In this document: positions 43,500 through 55,902 of the stretch, piece after piece
Layout: every line of letters starts with the position of its first letter
Numbering within the stretch: the first letter of the stretch is position 1
Assembly (NCBI GenBank): GCA_964035545.1
Contig: OZ037766.1
Coordinates: forward strand, 6,252,722 to 6,316,721
DNA length: 64,000 bases
Direction of reading: 5' to 3'
From: Bugula neritina
Taxonomy: Eukaryota; Animalia; Bryozoa
Notes under the pieces: model-generated
What the model was told of the DNA's origin: nothing
The model's database searches: none
Seen by the model: only the letters and a program-made list of their open reading frames with translations
Translations under genes and position numbers: made by a program

Positions 43500-46487
43500 T
43501 TAGTCGTTTTCTGGTACACAGCAACACAGCCTTCGCAAGAACTTTCTAAATCTTTTTCGTCGAGAATTTCCCTCTCCTGCCACTCTTTCTCCTACAACAG
43601 AAAAGATTGTCAGCTTTGCTTCTAGTACATCATACATCATACAGCACAGGTTACGCATGATGTGAATTGAGACATCTTTAGAATCTTCAGATGCTATATA
43701 AAAGATATATAAGTTTATGTATCTATACTCAACACTAATTCTCACCATTATTATATCTATCAGTAAGGATTTCCTCTGAGGCTTCTACCAATCCATTTTT
43801 ATTGACCATCTTTGTAATATCATCTGCTTTCCTATCATGCTCAATTTTATCGACTTTGTCTGAACTTTGGATATCACGATCTGCTTGTTCATTTATAAAA
43901 GGCTCTTCCTCCTCCACCAACATACCATCTCCAGCCATCTCTCCTTCTCCCTGCTTGGGCTGTTCTCCAACAGGCTTATCTTCCTTCACTACCATACCAG
44001 CCCCAGCCATCTCTCTTGCTCCCCAATTGAGTTCTTTTCCTTCAACAGGCTTATCTTCCTCCACCAACATATCATCTTTAGCCATTTTTCCTGTTTCATG
44101 GGTCTCTTCTTCCTCAGCAAGCTTATCTTCCTTCACCACCATATTATCTCCAGTCATCTCTCTTGCTCCCTGATTGAGCTCTTTTCCTTCAACAGGCTTT
44201 TCTTTCTCCACCATCATAACATCTCCAGCTATCTTTCCTGTTTTATGAGTCTCTTTTCCCTCAACAAGCTTATCTTCCTCCACTACAATATTATCTCCAG
44301 TCATCTCTCTTGCTCCCCACTCAAGTTCTTTTCCCTCAACAAGTTTATCTTCCTTCACCACCATATTATCTCCAGTCATCTCTCTTACTCCCCACTCAAG
44401 TTCTTTTCCTTCAACAGGCTTTTCTCCCTCCACCACTATAACATCCCCAGCCATTTTTCCTGTTTCATGGGTCTCTTCTCTCTCAACAAGCTTATCTTCC
44501 TCCACCAACATATCATCTCCAGCCATTTTTCCTGTTTCATGGGTCTCTTCTCTCTCAACAAGCTTATCTTCCTCCACCAACATATCATCTCCAGCCATTT
44601 TTCCTGTTTCATGGGTCTCTTCTCCCTCAACAGGCTTTTCTCCCTCCACCACTATAACATCTCCAGCCATCTCTCTTACTCCCCACTCAAGTTCTTTTCC
44701 TTCAACAGGCTTTTCTCCCTCCACCACTATAACATCTCCAGCCATTTTTCCTGTTTCATGGGTCCCTTCTTCCTCAACAAGCTTATCTTCCTCCACTACA
44801 ATATTATCTCCAGTCATCTCTCTTGCTCCCCACTCAAGTTCTTTTCCCTCAACAAGCTTATCTTCCTTCACCACCATATTATCTCCAGTCATCTCTCTTA
44901 CTCCCCACTCAAGTTCTTTTCCTTCAACAGGCTTTTCTCCCTCCACCACTATAACATCTCCAGCCATTTTTCCTGTTTCATGGGTCTCTTCTCCCTCAAC
45001 AAGCTTATCTTCCTCCACCAACATATCATCTCCAGCCATTTTTCCTGTTTCATGGGTCTCTTCTCCCTCAACAGGCTTTTCTCCCTCCACCACTATAACA
45101 TCTCCAGTCATCTCTTTTACTCCCCACTCAATTTCTTTTCCTTCAACAGGCTTTTCTCCCTCCACCACTATAACATCTCCAGTCATTTTTCCTGTTTCAT
45201 GGGTCTCTTCTCCCCCAACAAGCTTATCTTCCTCCACTACAATATTATCTCCAGTCATCTCTCTTGCTCCCCACTCAAGTTCTTTTTCTTCAACAGGCTT
45301 TTCTCCTTCCACCACTATAACATCTCCAGTCATTTTTCCTGTTTCATGGGTCTCTTCTCCCTCAACAAGCTTATCTTCCTCCACTACTATCTCATCCTCC
45401 TTTACCACATCATTTTCTACAACTGTTGCAGATCTATATCCTGTCCAGCTAAAATATTTAATAAAATTTAATTAAGCATGGCTCATATATGCTTAGCTAA
45501 AAGGGAGCAGCCGTGGTCTAGGGGTTAAAGCGTTTGCTTTGTGAACACAAAGTTGTGGGTTCAAACCCCGACAAAGGCCATTGGTGATGTTAAGAAGTGC
45601 ATCCAGTCATAATTGCTCCTGTGCCTCATTTAAACAAGTCCTTAGCCCGTTCTAGCAAAAACCCTTACCATCAGGGGTTTCTCACAGGGATAGCGACTAT
45701 AAATTTGCGTGAGTTTTTTTTCCGCCACCCGCGCAGGACCACGGCGGTGAAAGGTGACCAAAGGTGACCATATATGCTTAGCTAAAGTTGCAAAGTTACA
45801 TAACTGCTTGGTAACTTTTTTTATGGTGAAAACATACAGCAATAGAAAAGCAAGCAAGTATCTGTAGGCTATTGGATAAGCTCTATGCTGACACACATCA
45901 TGGGGTTCATGCCTTAGTTATTGGTGATGTCAGAAAGAAAGTATCATGGTCACATATATTATATTACTGAGCTGCATTGAAAGCCCTCAGTTTATGTCGC
46001 CAGCATAGTTTGAGGCTTATATAGCCACTTTCAATTATGAAGGTTCCTCACAATAGTGGAAACTTTTAACTTAAAAATTAGTTTTATTGAAAGATATTTC
46101 TCTTACTATTAGTAATACTATAAACAGTAAATGTAATGATTTGTGAAATACTATAAAATTAATAACCTAAACTTATTTAAGCTTCAAAACTCATAAAAGC
46201 CATTTCCCCTAGTGTCACCGACAACTATTACAATATTCCAACCCAACGCTTTATCTGTCTACTAAAACTAAGTTGCTTTTTATAAAAATATTATTACAAA
46301 GTGATAGTCAATAACACCTTTTAATTCAGTTATTTCACAAAATACTCATCTCAACTTACAAGTCTACAAAGCTCTCTGCTGCGCCAATCCTCTTGATGAA
46401 GCAAAAAATAAAAAAGGGCAATAAAAAAACGCATATAGTTGACAATAAAGAAACACTGAAATAATAAATATCATTCAATATCTCCAT
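43500..46487 (-). CDS. Unrecognised 640-aa protein: N-terminal TM segment, ~20 acidic 24/25-aa repeats, C-terminal polybasic helix plus CCC
   Basis: Exons 46487-46360 (128 nt), 45448-43746 (1703 nt) and 43591-43500 (92 nt) sum to 1923 nt = 641 codons with matching phases and GT-AG sites. N-term MEILNDIYYFSVSLLSTICVFLLPFFIFCFIKR; C-term RRKRFRKFLRRLCCCVPEND*. Confidence 0.75.
43905..45392 (-). repeat. Coding minisatellite of 72/75-bp units
   Basis: Units such as MTGDVIVVEGEKPVEGKELEWGVRE (25 aa) and MAGDDMLVEEDKLVEGEETHETGK (24 aa); the reading frame is preserved throughout. Confidence 0.95.
45502..45768 (+). mobile_element. tRNA-derived SINE, full-length with an 18-bp target-site duplication
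   Basis: A box TGGTCTAGGGG (45514-45524), B box GGTTCAAACCC (45558-45568), (AAAGGTGACC)x2 tail. CATATATGCTTAGCTAAA at 45484-45501 and 45769-45786. Confidence 0.9.
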
Positions 46488-47121
46488 TTTGTTTAATTTG
46501 CATAATTTATCAAATACAACAATAGTTTGATTGTTGGGCAAAATATAGTAACCATATAAGGAAATTCAATGTCCTATTGTTACAATAAACCTCTACACAT
46601 ATTTTCTTATATGTTACTATTAATAATACAATGATTTTTCGGATTGTTTATTATATTGCATTGTTTTTACCTTAGATGTGTTAATTTAGGAGTTGTTTCC
46701 TTTAGAAGCTAATATGTTGGTACTTAATTTTATGCTTTGAAATTTTGACTCAAAAGGAGAACTGTATATATTCTTATATCAGAGCTCTGTCAAATTTGTT
46801 TTAAAGTTAGAGTAATTATGGAAATTTATTTTAACTATATAAACTATTATTTTCCAAAAAAATATATACCAAAAATTGCATTTAGTTTGTCAACATATAT
46901 ACTGTCTATAAGGTAATTAGTTCTATAAATAAAAAATACCATTTTAGCGATTTTGAAATTTATTACATTTAATTAAAAAACTATCTTATGTAAACATGAG
47001 CTGTGCCTGCATATTATAGAATTTACAGTATCATATAAAATGTAAACTAACTGGTATAACATAATGATATAAGTTTATTTTCTAATTGTAAGACAATATG
47101 CTTTAAGGCCACACATGATAT

Positions 47122-47133
47122 ACAGATATATAC

Positions 47134-47208
<75 letters not shown>
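47122..47208. repeat. (TA)n microsatellite
   Basis: Directly visible. Confidence 0.97.
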
Positions 47209-47211
<3 letters not shown>

Positions 47212-47683
47212 TTCTATATTTTATTGTTATATATGATAAAGTAACAACAGAATGCACATACTATGCAAGTTAATATTGTAATCAGAACCCTGAAGAGATG
47301 CACATAGATAATGCCAGCATGCTGCAAAAAACTCTTTCTATGTATTAATTAATCAAATGAATAGTTATATGTAATTTTTAGTGGTGCTTTGCAAGTGTTT
47401 TATACTGTTAAAGTTAGATTCAACTTTTAACGCTTTACTCACATATTCAGTTATATAAAGTATTTCACATTATCATTTAATAATTTATTATCACTGAGGT
47501 GGCTTAGCCATGATATTAACTCAACTGGAAAAAGTTAATTATCACTACATTTCTTTTATGTGAAGCTGCAATGAACCAAACAGCAGCACATAGACTAGCC
47601 ATGTGTCATTAGGACATACTTTAATGGTTACCATGGTAATATGAAAAAAATTATTCAAATTACGCATGAAAGTGACACATTAA

Positions 47684-48451
47684 AGGATTGCTCTATCTTA
47701 GTTTATTACAATCACATTATAATTATGAACTATAATCTAATGTGTATGCAAACAATTGTGACTTTGCAAAGGGATATATGCCTAGAAAACAGCTTTTCAA
47801 AATTCCAATTTTGAGGGAGGTAAAATTTTCAGCCATGAAAAAGAATAGCCTAATACGTGACGTGTGAACGCCAGTAACTATGCTGCACGTGCTAACTATA
47901 ACGCTAGTATTCAAGGTTGCTGAGCGCAACATCAACCAATAACGCTCAAGCAGTTACAGTGCGATATATAGGTCAGCTTTGGTGCGCCCGTAATATTGCA
48001 CAATCTGACCTAGTTTAGATCGATCGCAGGCATTCATCCTAAAGAATGCATGTTTTTGCAATACTTTTTTCTATGTTTACAAGCAAAATATAGCCTAATG
48101 TTATCACATACATGTTATTTAACATGTCAAAAAACTATAGATTGAGATAATTCCCATTTGCACTTCTATAAATATACAAATTACGAGCTGAAAGATCACA
48201 TCTCACAGTCATATTTCTATAGTTATTCATTTGTATAGTCACGTGACCAGCAGGAATGCTGGCGCTGTTACGTCACACTTCCCAGCTCATTTCAAAATCG
48301 GCGTTTTGGCTGTTACCAATCTACACCCTCAACTTCAACTAACTTTTTCTACCTTTGATCAAATGCTTTTTGTCAATGCATGCTTAGAAAAACACAATAT
48401 TATGTGTGTTTGACCTAAATGGCCATTTATTAGACAAGATAGAGCAATCCT
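47684..48451. mobile_element. Non-autonomous DNA transposon (MITE) with TTAA TSD, Kolobok-type termini
   Basis: TTAA-AGGATTGCTCTATCTT ... AAGATAGAGCAATCCT-TTAA (16-bp perfect TIR, no ORF). The paralogous region has a single TTAA at 60081-60084 (empty site). TTAA plus 5'-purine-purine ends is the Kolobok hallmark; piggyBac ends begin with pyrimidines. Confidence 0.88.
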
Positions 48452-48522
48452 TTAAAGGATTAGGTAAGCTATAACAACCATGATAACAATAACAATTGTA
48501 TTTAAAGTAATATATATAATTG

Positions 48523-48744
48523 AGGGAGCAGCTGTGGTCTAGGAAATAGAGTGTTTGACTCAGCCAACATAAAGTCGCGAGTTCGAACCCCAGTAAAGGC
48601 ATTTGGTGATGTTAGAAAGAGTATTCAGTCATACTTGCTCCTGTGCCATATATGAGTAGCTTCTTAGCTTTTTTTTAAAAAAAAACCTTTTTATCAAAGG
48701 TTTCTATGTGCAAAGATAGCAACTGCAAACTTGCGTGGTTTTTT
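48523..48744 (+). mobile_element. Second, more degenerate copy of the same tRNA-derived SINE family
   Basis: GGGAGCAGCTGTGGTCTAGG, B box GAGTTCGAACCC, and TTGGTGATGTTA...CAGTCATA.TTGCTCCTGTGCC are shared with 45502-45768. Absent from the paralogous site at ~60130. Confidence 0.85.
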
Positions 48745-49378
48745 ATATATATTTATATTATAACTTAAAATATACAACAATATAACATTATGTCTTGCAG
48801 AAAAAGTGAAAACTACTGTAATTCAAACTGGTTAAAGACTAGGTTTAAAAAAATCATATATGTTATAAAAATAAATAGAAAGAAAGGAAAAAACAAATTG
48901 ATACAATGTTGAATAATTGCTAGTAAATATTATGTTTACCTCTTGTTTGTAAAAAAACTATAGAAAATCTAGTAAACAATAAAATACTAATTAGTCAGTA
49001 ATGTGGTTATATAGCTGTTACATATTTTTATAAACTGTAGCATACTATAGAAAGCTGTAAAATTAAAGCAGAGGCAATATTGAGTCACTCACTAATATAA
49101 AAGCAATATAGTTACTGAATTAAAATTCTACTGCTGTTTTGTTACATACAAAGAACATACTAACACATTGGATACTAGGTAGTACTTCAAACATAATATT
49201 TTTGCTTATAAATATGCATAAAATCACAATGACCAAAGAGTTGACTACAAACTAAGCATTCATTGTAGATTATCTCTTATTGTATACAAAGCAGTACAAA
49301 TATGCATATTATTTTAAACATATTTGCGCCTGCAAAAGTCTCTACTAACTTTTGAAGCTGATTTCAAACACTCTTGTT

Positions 49379-52300
49379 TTAAGCTATCTGTGAATTTTTA
49401 AGGTTATAATGTGCAACCTTTGATTTTAACCATTTTGAGCATTTTCTAATGTTTTCAAAAGTAACTACCTGGGATAGCACTGCTGTGACTCCTTGTAATG
49501 TCCCGAATGCATTGAGAGTAGCCCATAGGTCAAACTGATGAGGACCTTTGATTTCAGTAAAAAGTAGAATAAACCAATGGAATCCAAAAACTGCTTGGAG
49601 TTTGACAATTGTAATCACTTTCTTCAGAGTTCTTTGCTTGTCATCAACTGCTATTTTATTTCCTGATTTTGCGACAATGACACTCGCTATAATGCACATA
49701 GTAATGTTTGCAACCACGAATAAATATATGGGTCCGGTGAGAAGTAATATTCTTAGCTGTCCACGGACAAGAAAGCAGAATTGGTCAGAAAACACTGGGT
49801 ATAGGTTGTTGGGTTTAGCTGCATCAAGAGAGTAGGCCAATATGACAAATATGAGTGGGGTGAGCCAAGCATATGCAGCATAATAGGAATACTTTTTCCA
49901 ACTAGATTGACTGGCAAGTTTGAAAGAGGAAATGCCTTTTATCATTGAGATTCCAATAGCATTTGTCCAGGCATGTACAGCAATAAGAAAATACTGAGTG
50001 CAGGAAGCAATGATCCGACAAGATATGAAAGAGTGTTTCACCTTGATAAGGCAGTAAAAGACTAATGTACACATCACTGTTATCATAGAACTTACTACAA
50101 AATCCCCTGTCAGAGTTCTTTTTAATTTTGTGAAATAATAAATAACGTAGATCAAGATGAACGAAATGGATAACGATGAAAAGACGTATTCGTGTACCAA
50201 TGAAAAGGCACGGTCATGAGTTGCGCGAACAAATTCCGGTACAGCAGTTTCGGTGCAGACTCGTATCTGATCGTTACACAATATATAGTCATTGTAATGA
50301 GTTTGATCTGAGGCTCTCTGTAACTCACCATTTCTGCAGATTAACCAACTACTTCGATTACTTGCTAGTGAGTATTCCATGCATTGACTGTTTAAACTGC
50401 CATTATTTAATGTTGAAGACAAGAGTTTTACGCCAAATGAAGCCAACTTTTCCAGCTGAACTTGGAAATTAAATATAGTTTGTTTATACGAAATTGCTAT
50501 GAAATTAGACAGAGAACTATTTGAAATTATACTAAATTGAAATGCGGATGTTGCAGAAGATGACCCAGAAACAAAAGTTGTATTTGTACAATAGGAATCT
50601 TCTATATCAGATACATTACATCTAATCAAATTATTTGCAGCACAATGCACACTGTTTACAGAGTTTGCAACTGCGTCAGGACTAGGGCTACCAGTGAACT
50701 GCTCATATTCACGCTGACAATCATCACCTGTTACATTTATGGAACACTGAATACATTTATCAACTGCACTTCTGCTAGACAGAGGTAAATATTCGGTGTT
50801 GTCTCCACAATGCTTTATTCCATGGTTTGTAACTTTAAATGTTTCTGGATCATATCTGTTCTCTCTGCACTTGTCATTTACAAACGGTGTTGGGATGCAG
50901 GTTTCTGACTCCAAGTCTAGTATGCTGGAACAGTTACACTGTTTAAGGTGATGACTTATGTTTAAACAAGTGTCTTGAGTTGTGTTGAAATCACTGTATA
51001 GCAGCACAGCATCCGAATTCATGTTGCATGTTCGCTCATTCAAATCTATTTCGTATAGAAACAAAAACTTCATCACATCCTTCTCATACCTTAACCATCT
51101 ATCAAATGCATATTCTGATGTTCCAGTAACAACGTCATTTGGTTTTGCATCACATCCAAGCCAAGCCACACCATTACAACTAGCACAATAGCTATTCCTA
51201 TATTTATTTTTTTGGCCATAACTCAAAATACTTGTCCCATAACTAGTGCCAATGCTTTTGGCTGGAAAAGAGTAGGACTTATTCACCAGATTCCTCAATT
51301 CTCCAACATCATATACAAAAGAAGCGGGGCCATTAGAACACATGTCCGATATTTTCCAATGTTCAGCGTGTTTAGGACATGAAGCTACATAGTTTGCTGC
51401 ATCAAATTTGCACCTTCGTACTGATTCTACCAGTTCTAATGGAGGTAAATATTGCTTTATCTTGCATCTGCAATCATAGATAAAAAAAAGACATTTAGTT
51501 TAGTGTCACAAAACAATAAATTACAGCTACTTTCAACAATTGTGCATTCAAGCATCAAACATGCATTTGAAGTAGCTTTTTGTTCAGTATTTATTCATCA
51601 AGTTGCACCATCTTAATACAAATATACTAGTGGTGTAAACTGAAATTGAAAAAGTTCTCTTGCTGGGATTAGTTGCTGGAGTTACAAAATTCATAGTGGG
51701 GAAAGTCTAGTAATACTCAAAAGACTTCTTATTGTGTTAATCAGTTAGAACAGCTATTACATATTATGAAGTTATTCAAAAGTATTTTAGGGCAGTCATA
51801 GTTTCTGATTATAAACCAGAGACACCTTGACTCTACTACTGCATGTTGTGGAGTCAGTATAAATAAACTAAATTATATTATACCCATCTTGTTAATTTAA
51901 AAATAACTCACTCGCTGTGTTTCAGGTCTGTTACAGTTGGATTCTTCCGGAATATATTAGAAAGAAAAAGAATTTCTTGGCTGACTGATTCTGAAGCATA
52001 ATTACACTTGTCATTAGCCACTTTAATGCAACCCACGTCTACTCTCCAATAACGGCTTTCTTTGACATCATTGCATATTGCACAGTATACGTTGGAGTAT
52101 CTATAAATATTTTAAATATCTTTCAAAGTAAATGCTTTTATTAAACAGTATTTGCAAGTGAGTCATCGGTCAGGTTGGTTTATTCAGCTCAAATAAGCTA
52201 ATTTTTGAGTCTACTTTGATAAGATGACTCATTCAATCAATAGGGTTTAAAAACACCATAAAACCTTGTATAAAAATATGTATATTTGTTAATTATAATA

Positions 52301-55300
52301 CACTGATTTTGATGGATGGTATAAAATATGCATTGTGTTATTGCCAGAAAATCTCTCTCTTTGTTTTATACTGTCTTCATTCATTTTTGTTGCCCTATCT
52401 TCCTCTCTACTATGCTCATTATTCAGAATATGTAGGCAAACATATTTCTCCGTGCAATGCTTACGATTTCACTTGAGAAAATTGGTAACCAGCTTAAAAC
52501 TTTCATTCTAATAAAGTTCACTGATCAAATTTGTTTACTATTTCTATGGAGCTGCATTTTATATTATATAAAATGTTATAATAAAAAACCAAATTACCTT
52601 AATCCAGTATCAAGAGAGGAGACCGGGATATTTTGGTAACTCAACTTTCCATTTTTAGGCGCGTTTTCACATAGATCTTTTATCTCACTGTTACTATACA
52701 ATTTTGGACAAGCTTCAACCTGCATTATGCCCCATGAATAGCCCTCATTATCTGCTCCACTTTTCAACTCAGATCTGTCATACACACAGGAAAATGTTCC
52801 ATCTTCTAGAGCTGTCTGTTTGGTAGGTTGGTATGGTGAATCTTCACAGCAATCATTAAAGTACATACAGTGTTTATCACAATAACAATTCAACTCATGC
52901 TCTTTCTTTATTCCCAACTCCACAGCTTTGCATTGACTTTGGTAGGCGCATACTGAGTGTGAGTGCCACTGCAAGTCACTGTTGTCTCTGACGATGTTGC
53001 TTACTGAGCCATAAGTGTTCAGATCGTAGCACTGCAAAGTGTCAGGGTCAAGGACATGTCCAAATCCACACCCTGGTTTTGTGCACGACTCATCACTCAC
53101 AGCTTGTGGTATGAGAAACCGGTCACATATCTTCCTCACATTGCTAAAGCAAGCCATGGATCCCAAGTTCCACACTGGCACAGTAATGGTATCAGTTCTA
53201 GGAAAACTGTTTAGCTGTGTTACACGTTCATTACAATAACTTGCTGTTTGATCTGCAAAGAAAGAGCACTCAAAATCCTCATCAACTTTGAAATTTGTGA
53301 AGTCATTGGACAAGTCTGTCAAGTTGAACATAGTTGGTCTTGCAAACATCAATGTCTTTGAGTTGTCTAGGGAGAACAGATCTTGTTTTATTCTAAGTTT
53401 ATTGCTTTTCTTGTCCCAAAATAATTCCATTGTTAAGGCAGTCATCTTTGGCAGTTGAGGTAAATCTATGTCCATTAATAGAAGATCTACACCATGACAC
53501 AAAGCACAGAACTGGTTTCGATATACTGAGTTTAAACTTGTGACGTTGATATAGTTAACAGGTCCTTTTTCACAAAGTGTCTTTAGCTCGCTATTAGAGT
53601 TAGTAGGGCACGTCTTTACAGCGTCCCAACATAGATCTGGAGACTCTGGTGGTAAGTATAATGTCTTGCAGGATCTACAGAGTAAAGATCATAATATATA
53701 TTATGCAATAGCCTACTACAATTATAACTACTTCATAAAACTAAAAAAATTTCACTAGCCTATTTGTATTCATATATTCATTGAGCGAGAATAGTTTATA
53801 ATTATATAATTTTCATGGCAGCACACTGTGAAGTAAACTTGCTTTATCATAAGGTAAACAGTAAAACCCTCAAAAATAATATTGGTATGCATGATGCAAT
53901 ATTAATCAAGTTTCAAAAATGGGGGGGGGGAGTGTTAACTGCCTTTTGTACCCTCCAATTAAAACACTCTAACTGCAGGCATTGATACTATTACATTAGC
54001 ATAACTGTTGACAATGTTCTTTAACTTCTAATGATAGTGTGCAAAATCCACAGACATGACATCCTAACCTGACTCTATAGTAGCCCTGTGACACTATCAT
54101 ACTGTAGCTGCTACCTCTAAATTTAGCAAGGCTATTTTAAAGATAATAGAAGCTGTTTAGCACTGGCGATTGTTGGAAGGTAATTATATAATTTTCATAA
54201 GCTGAATATTAGCATAGGTATTATGATCTTTCAAAGCCATGATACATGATGAAGAAATACCACCATCGCTTTTATGGCACAGCTTTTATATATACAGTTG
54301 AAGTGAGCCCCCAACAATTTAAGCCACATTCTGGTTAAACAAAACAAGTCATACCCTAGGAAAAGAACCTTATGTCAAATTAAAGCCTTTATTTCAATTA
54401 TCACCATTATGTTCCTACTATTGACTGAAATTGCCATGTGCTGAACCAAAGTAATGTCAGAATACCTCTGCTCAATTTAACAAACTAAATATTTTGTGAA
54501 ATAAACTACCGTATGCTCTTGTGATAGTTACAACCTACTACTCAAACAGCAAGAGAGACAAACAGACAGAGACAAAGAGAAAAAAAGGAGGGAAGAGGAG
54601 AGAGAAACAAAAGCAATGAAGAAAATTGGGGAAAAATAGGAAAGATTTAAGAGAGAATACAGAGAAAGCTTGAAATGTATGCGAAATTATTGTTGAGTTT
54701 CTTATAATAGGATAATATTAAAGTTTATTATTCTTAGTTCTTTATTACTTACTTTTTTACTAGAGCTATTAGACTTTTGTGGTCAGCATCTGAAGAAAGA
54801 TATTCTTCAATAGCCTCAGCACTACACTCTACCTTTGCTGGCCACCATTCTATGGTACTCACACTATCATTTATCTTATTTGGATCACCAAACCATATCT
54901 GGTCTGAAAATCGCACACTTGCCTGAGGATCAATACCATTACACATGGCACAGAAGACATTCTTATATGTGAGATGATTTACTAGACCTCGTACTGGCCA
55001 GCGTTTCAGTGATAGATCTACAAATAATGGTATAATATGCAGCTGTGTATCTAGTAAGATGGTAAATATGAGTAGTGCATAGTATACTGTTTCTGCTAAA
55101 CTTGCTTCACAGTTTCTAACGTTCACATGAACTACTCTTCAAGATTCTTTTGTCTCAAAAAGTTATTAAATTTTGTAGATGCCATATTACTAATATACAA
55201 CATAAAGTATCAGAACCATGTGATACCAAAGCCACAATTCTTAAATCTTACAATTAAAGTTTAGAGACCTAGAGCCTTATTGTATTATAGAATAAATAGT

Positions 55301-55770
55301 TAGTTATTGAAAACTCAATCTCATTTTCAATGCTTACCAGATTCTGTAGAGCTGAAACTTTCACATAAAGACTTTAGTTTCTTATTTGGAGTTTCCTGGG
55401 GACATTTGTCGACAATGTAGAAGTTATCATGACATGAAAATGTGTTGTAAGTCAACTGCTCCATGGGTTTAGCAGAAGTTATAAGACAGCAGTCCGAATA
55501 GTACTTACATCTGTTGAAAGAGTGTAACCCGTATTGAAAACATGTCCCATTCACAAGTTCAATGTCCTCAATATCTTGAGACTCTGATAATAACCCGAAA
55601 GGAATCGTTGTTGGTATTCCATTGAATTTCATGAAGTTTTCTACAACTATATCAGCTTGAGAATCCTGTGCTAATATACTGTTTATAAGAGTAGCTAAAA
55701 GTACTGCTGTAGCTGCAAAACTCTTTAACTTAGTTCTTGACATGATAATATGGATTCTACTTTTTCCCAT
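49379..55770 (-). CDS. Class B-like (7tm_2; Methuselah/adhesion-like) GPCR with a large Cys-rich ectodomain containing somatomedin-B-like motifs, paralog A (1350 aa)
   Basis: Exons 55770-55338, 55017-54753, 53674-52598, 52100-51912, 51467-49379 total 4053 nt in frame. Signal peptide (FAATAVLLATLINSILA), SMB-like CYCDKHCMYFNDCCED, four Y-[RKS]-N-x-[FY]-C-A-x-C modules, seven hydrophobic segments with CRIIASCTQYFLIA, YAWLTPLI, GPIYL, FGFHW and TLQG. Confidence 0.88.
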
Positions 55771-55902
55771 CTTGACTTGTGCGCATTTCAGCTATAAATG
55801 TTGAATTAAAATTACCAACAACACTAATAATGCAAGGTAATAGTTATATGTGGGATTAAGCATCTATTTTAGACAGCCAATTGTATTTTTCTTTTTCCCC
55901 CT

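Noticed and set aside
43905-45392. Regular repeats resembling a CRISPR array
   Set aside because: No unique spacers, frame-preserving coding units, eukaryotic context and no cas genes.
43867-45471. 534-aa plus-strand His/Phe/Ser-rich ORF
   Set aside because: Antisense shadow of the purine-rich coding minisatellite; no independent splice or start support.
45502-45575. tRNA gene (also at 48523-48595)
   Set aside because: A and B boxes are present but there is no proper acceptor stem; it continues into a shared body with tail and TSD, so it is a SINE head.
49530-49560. CTGATGAG motif as another hammerhead
   Set aside because: Lies antisense within GPCR coding sequence with no stem II/GAAA/stem III arrangement, and is not kept in paralog B.
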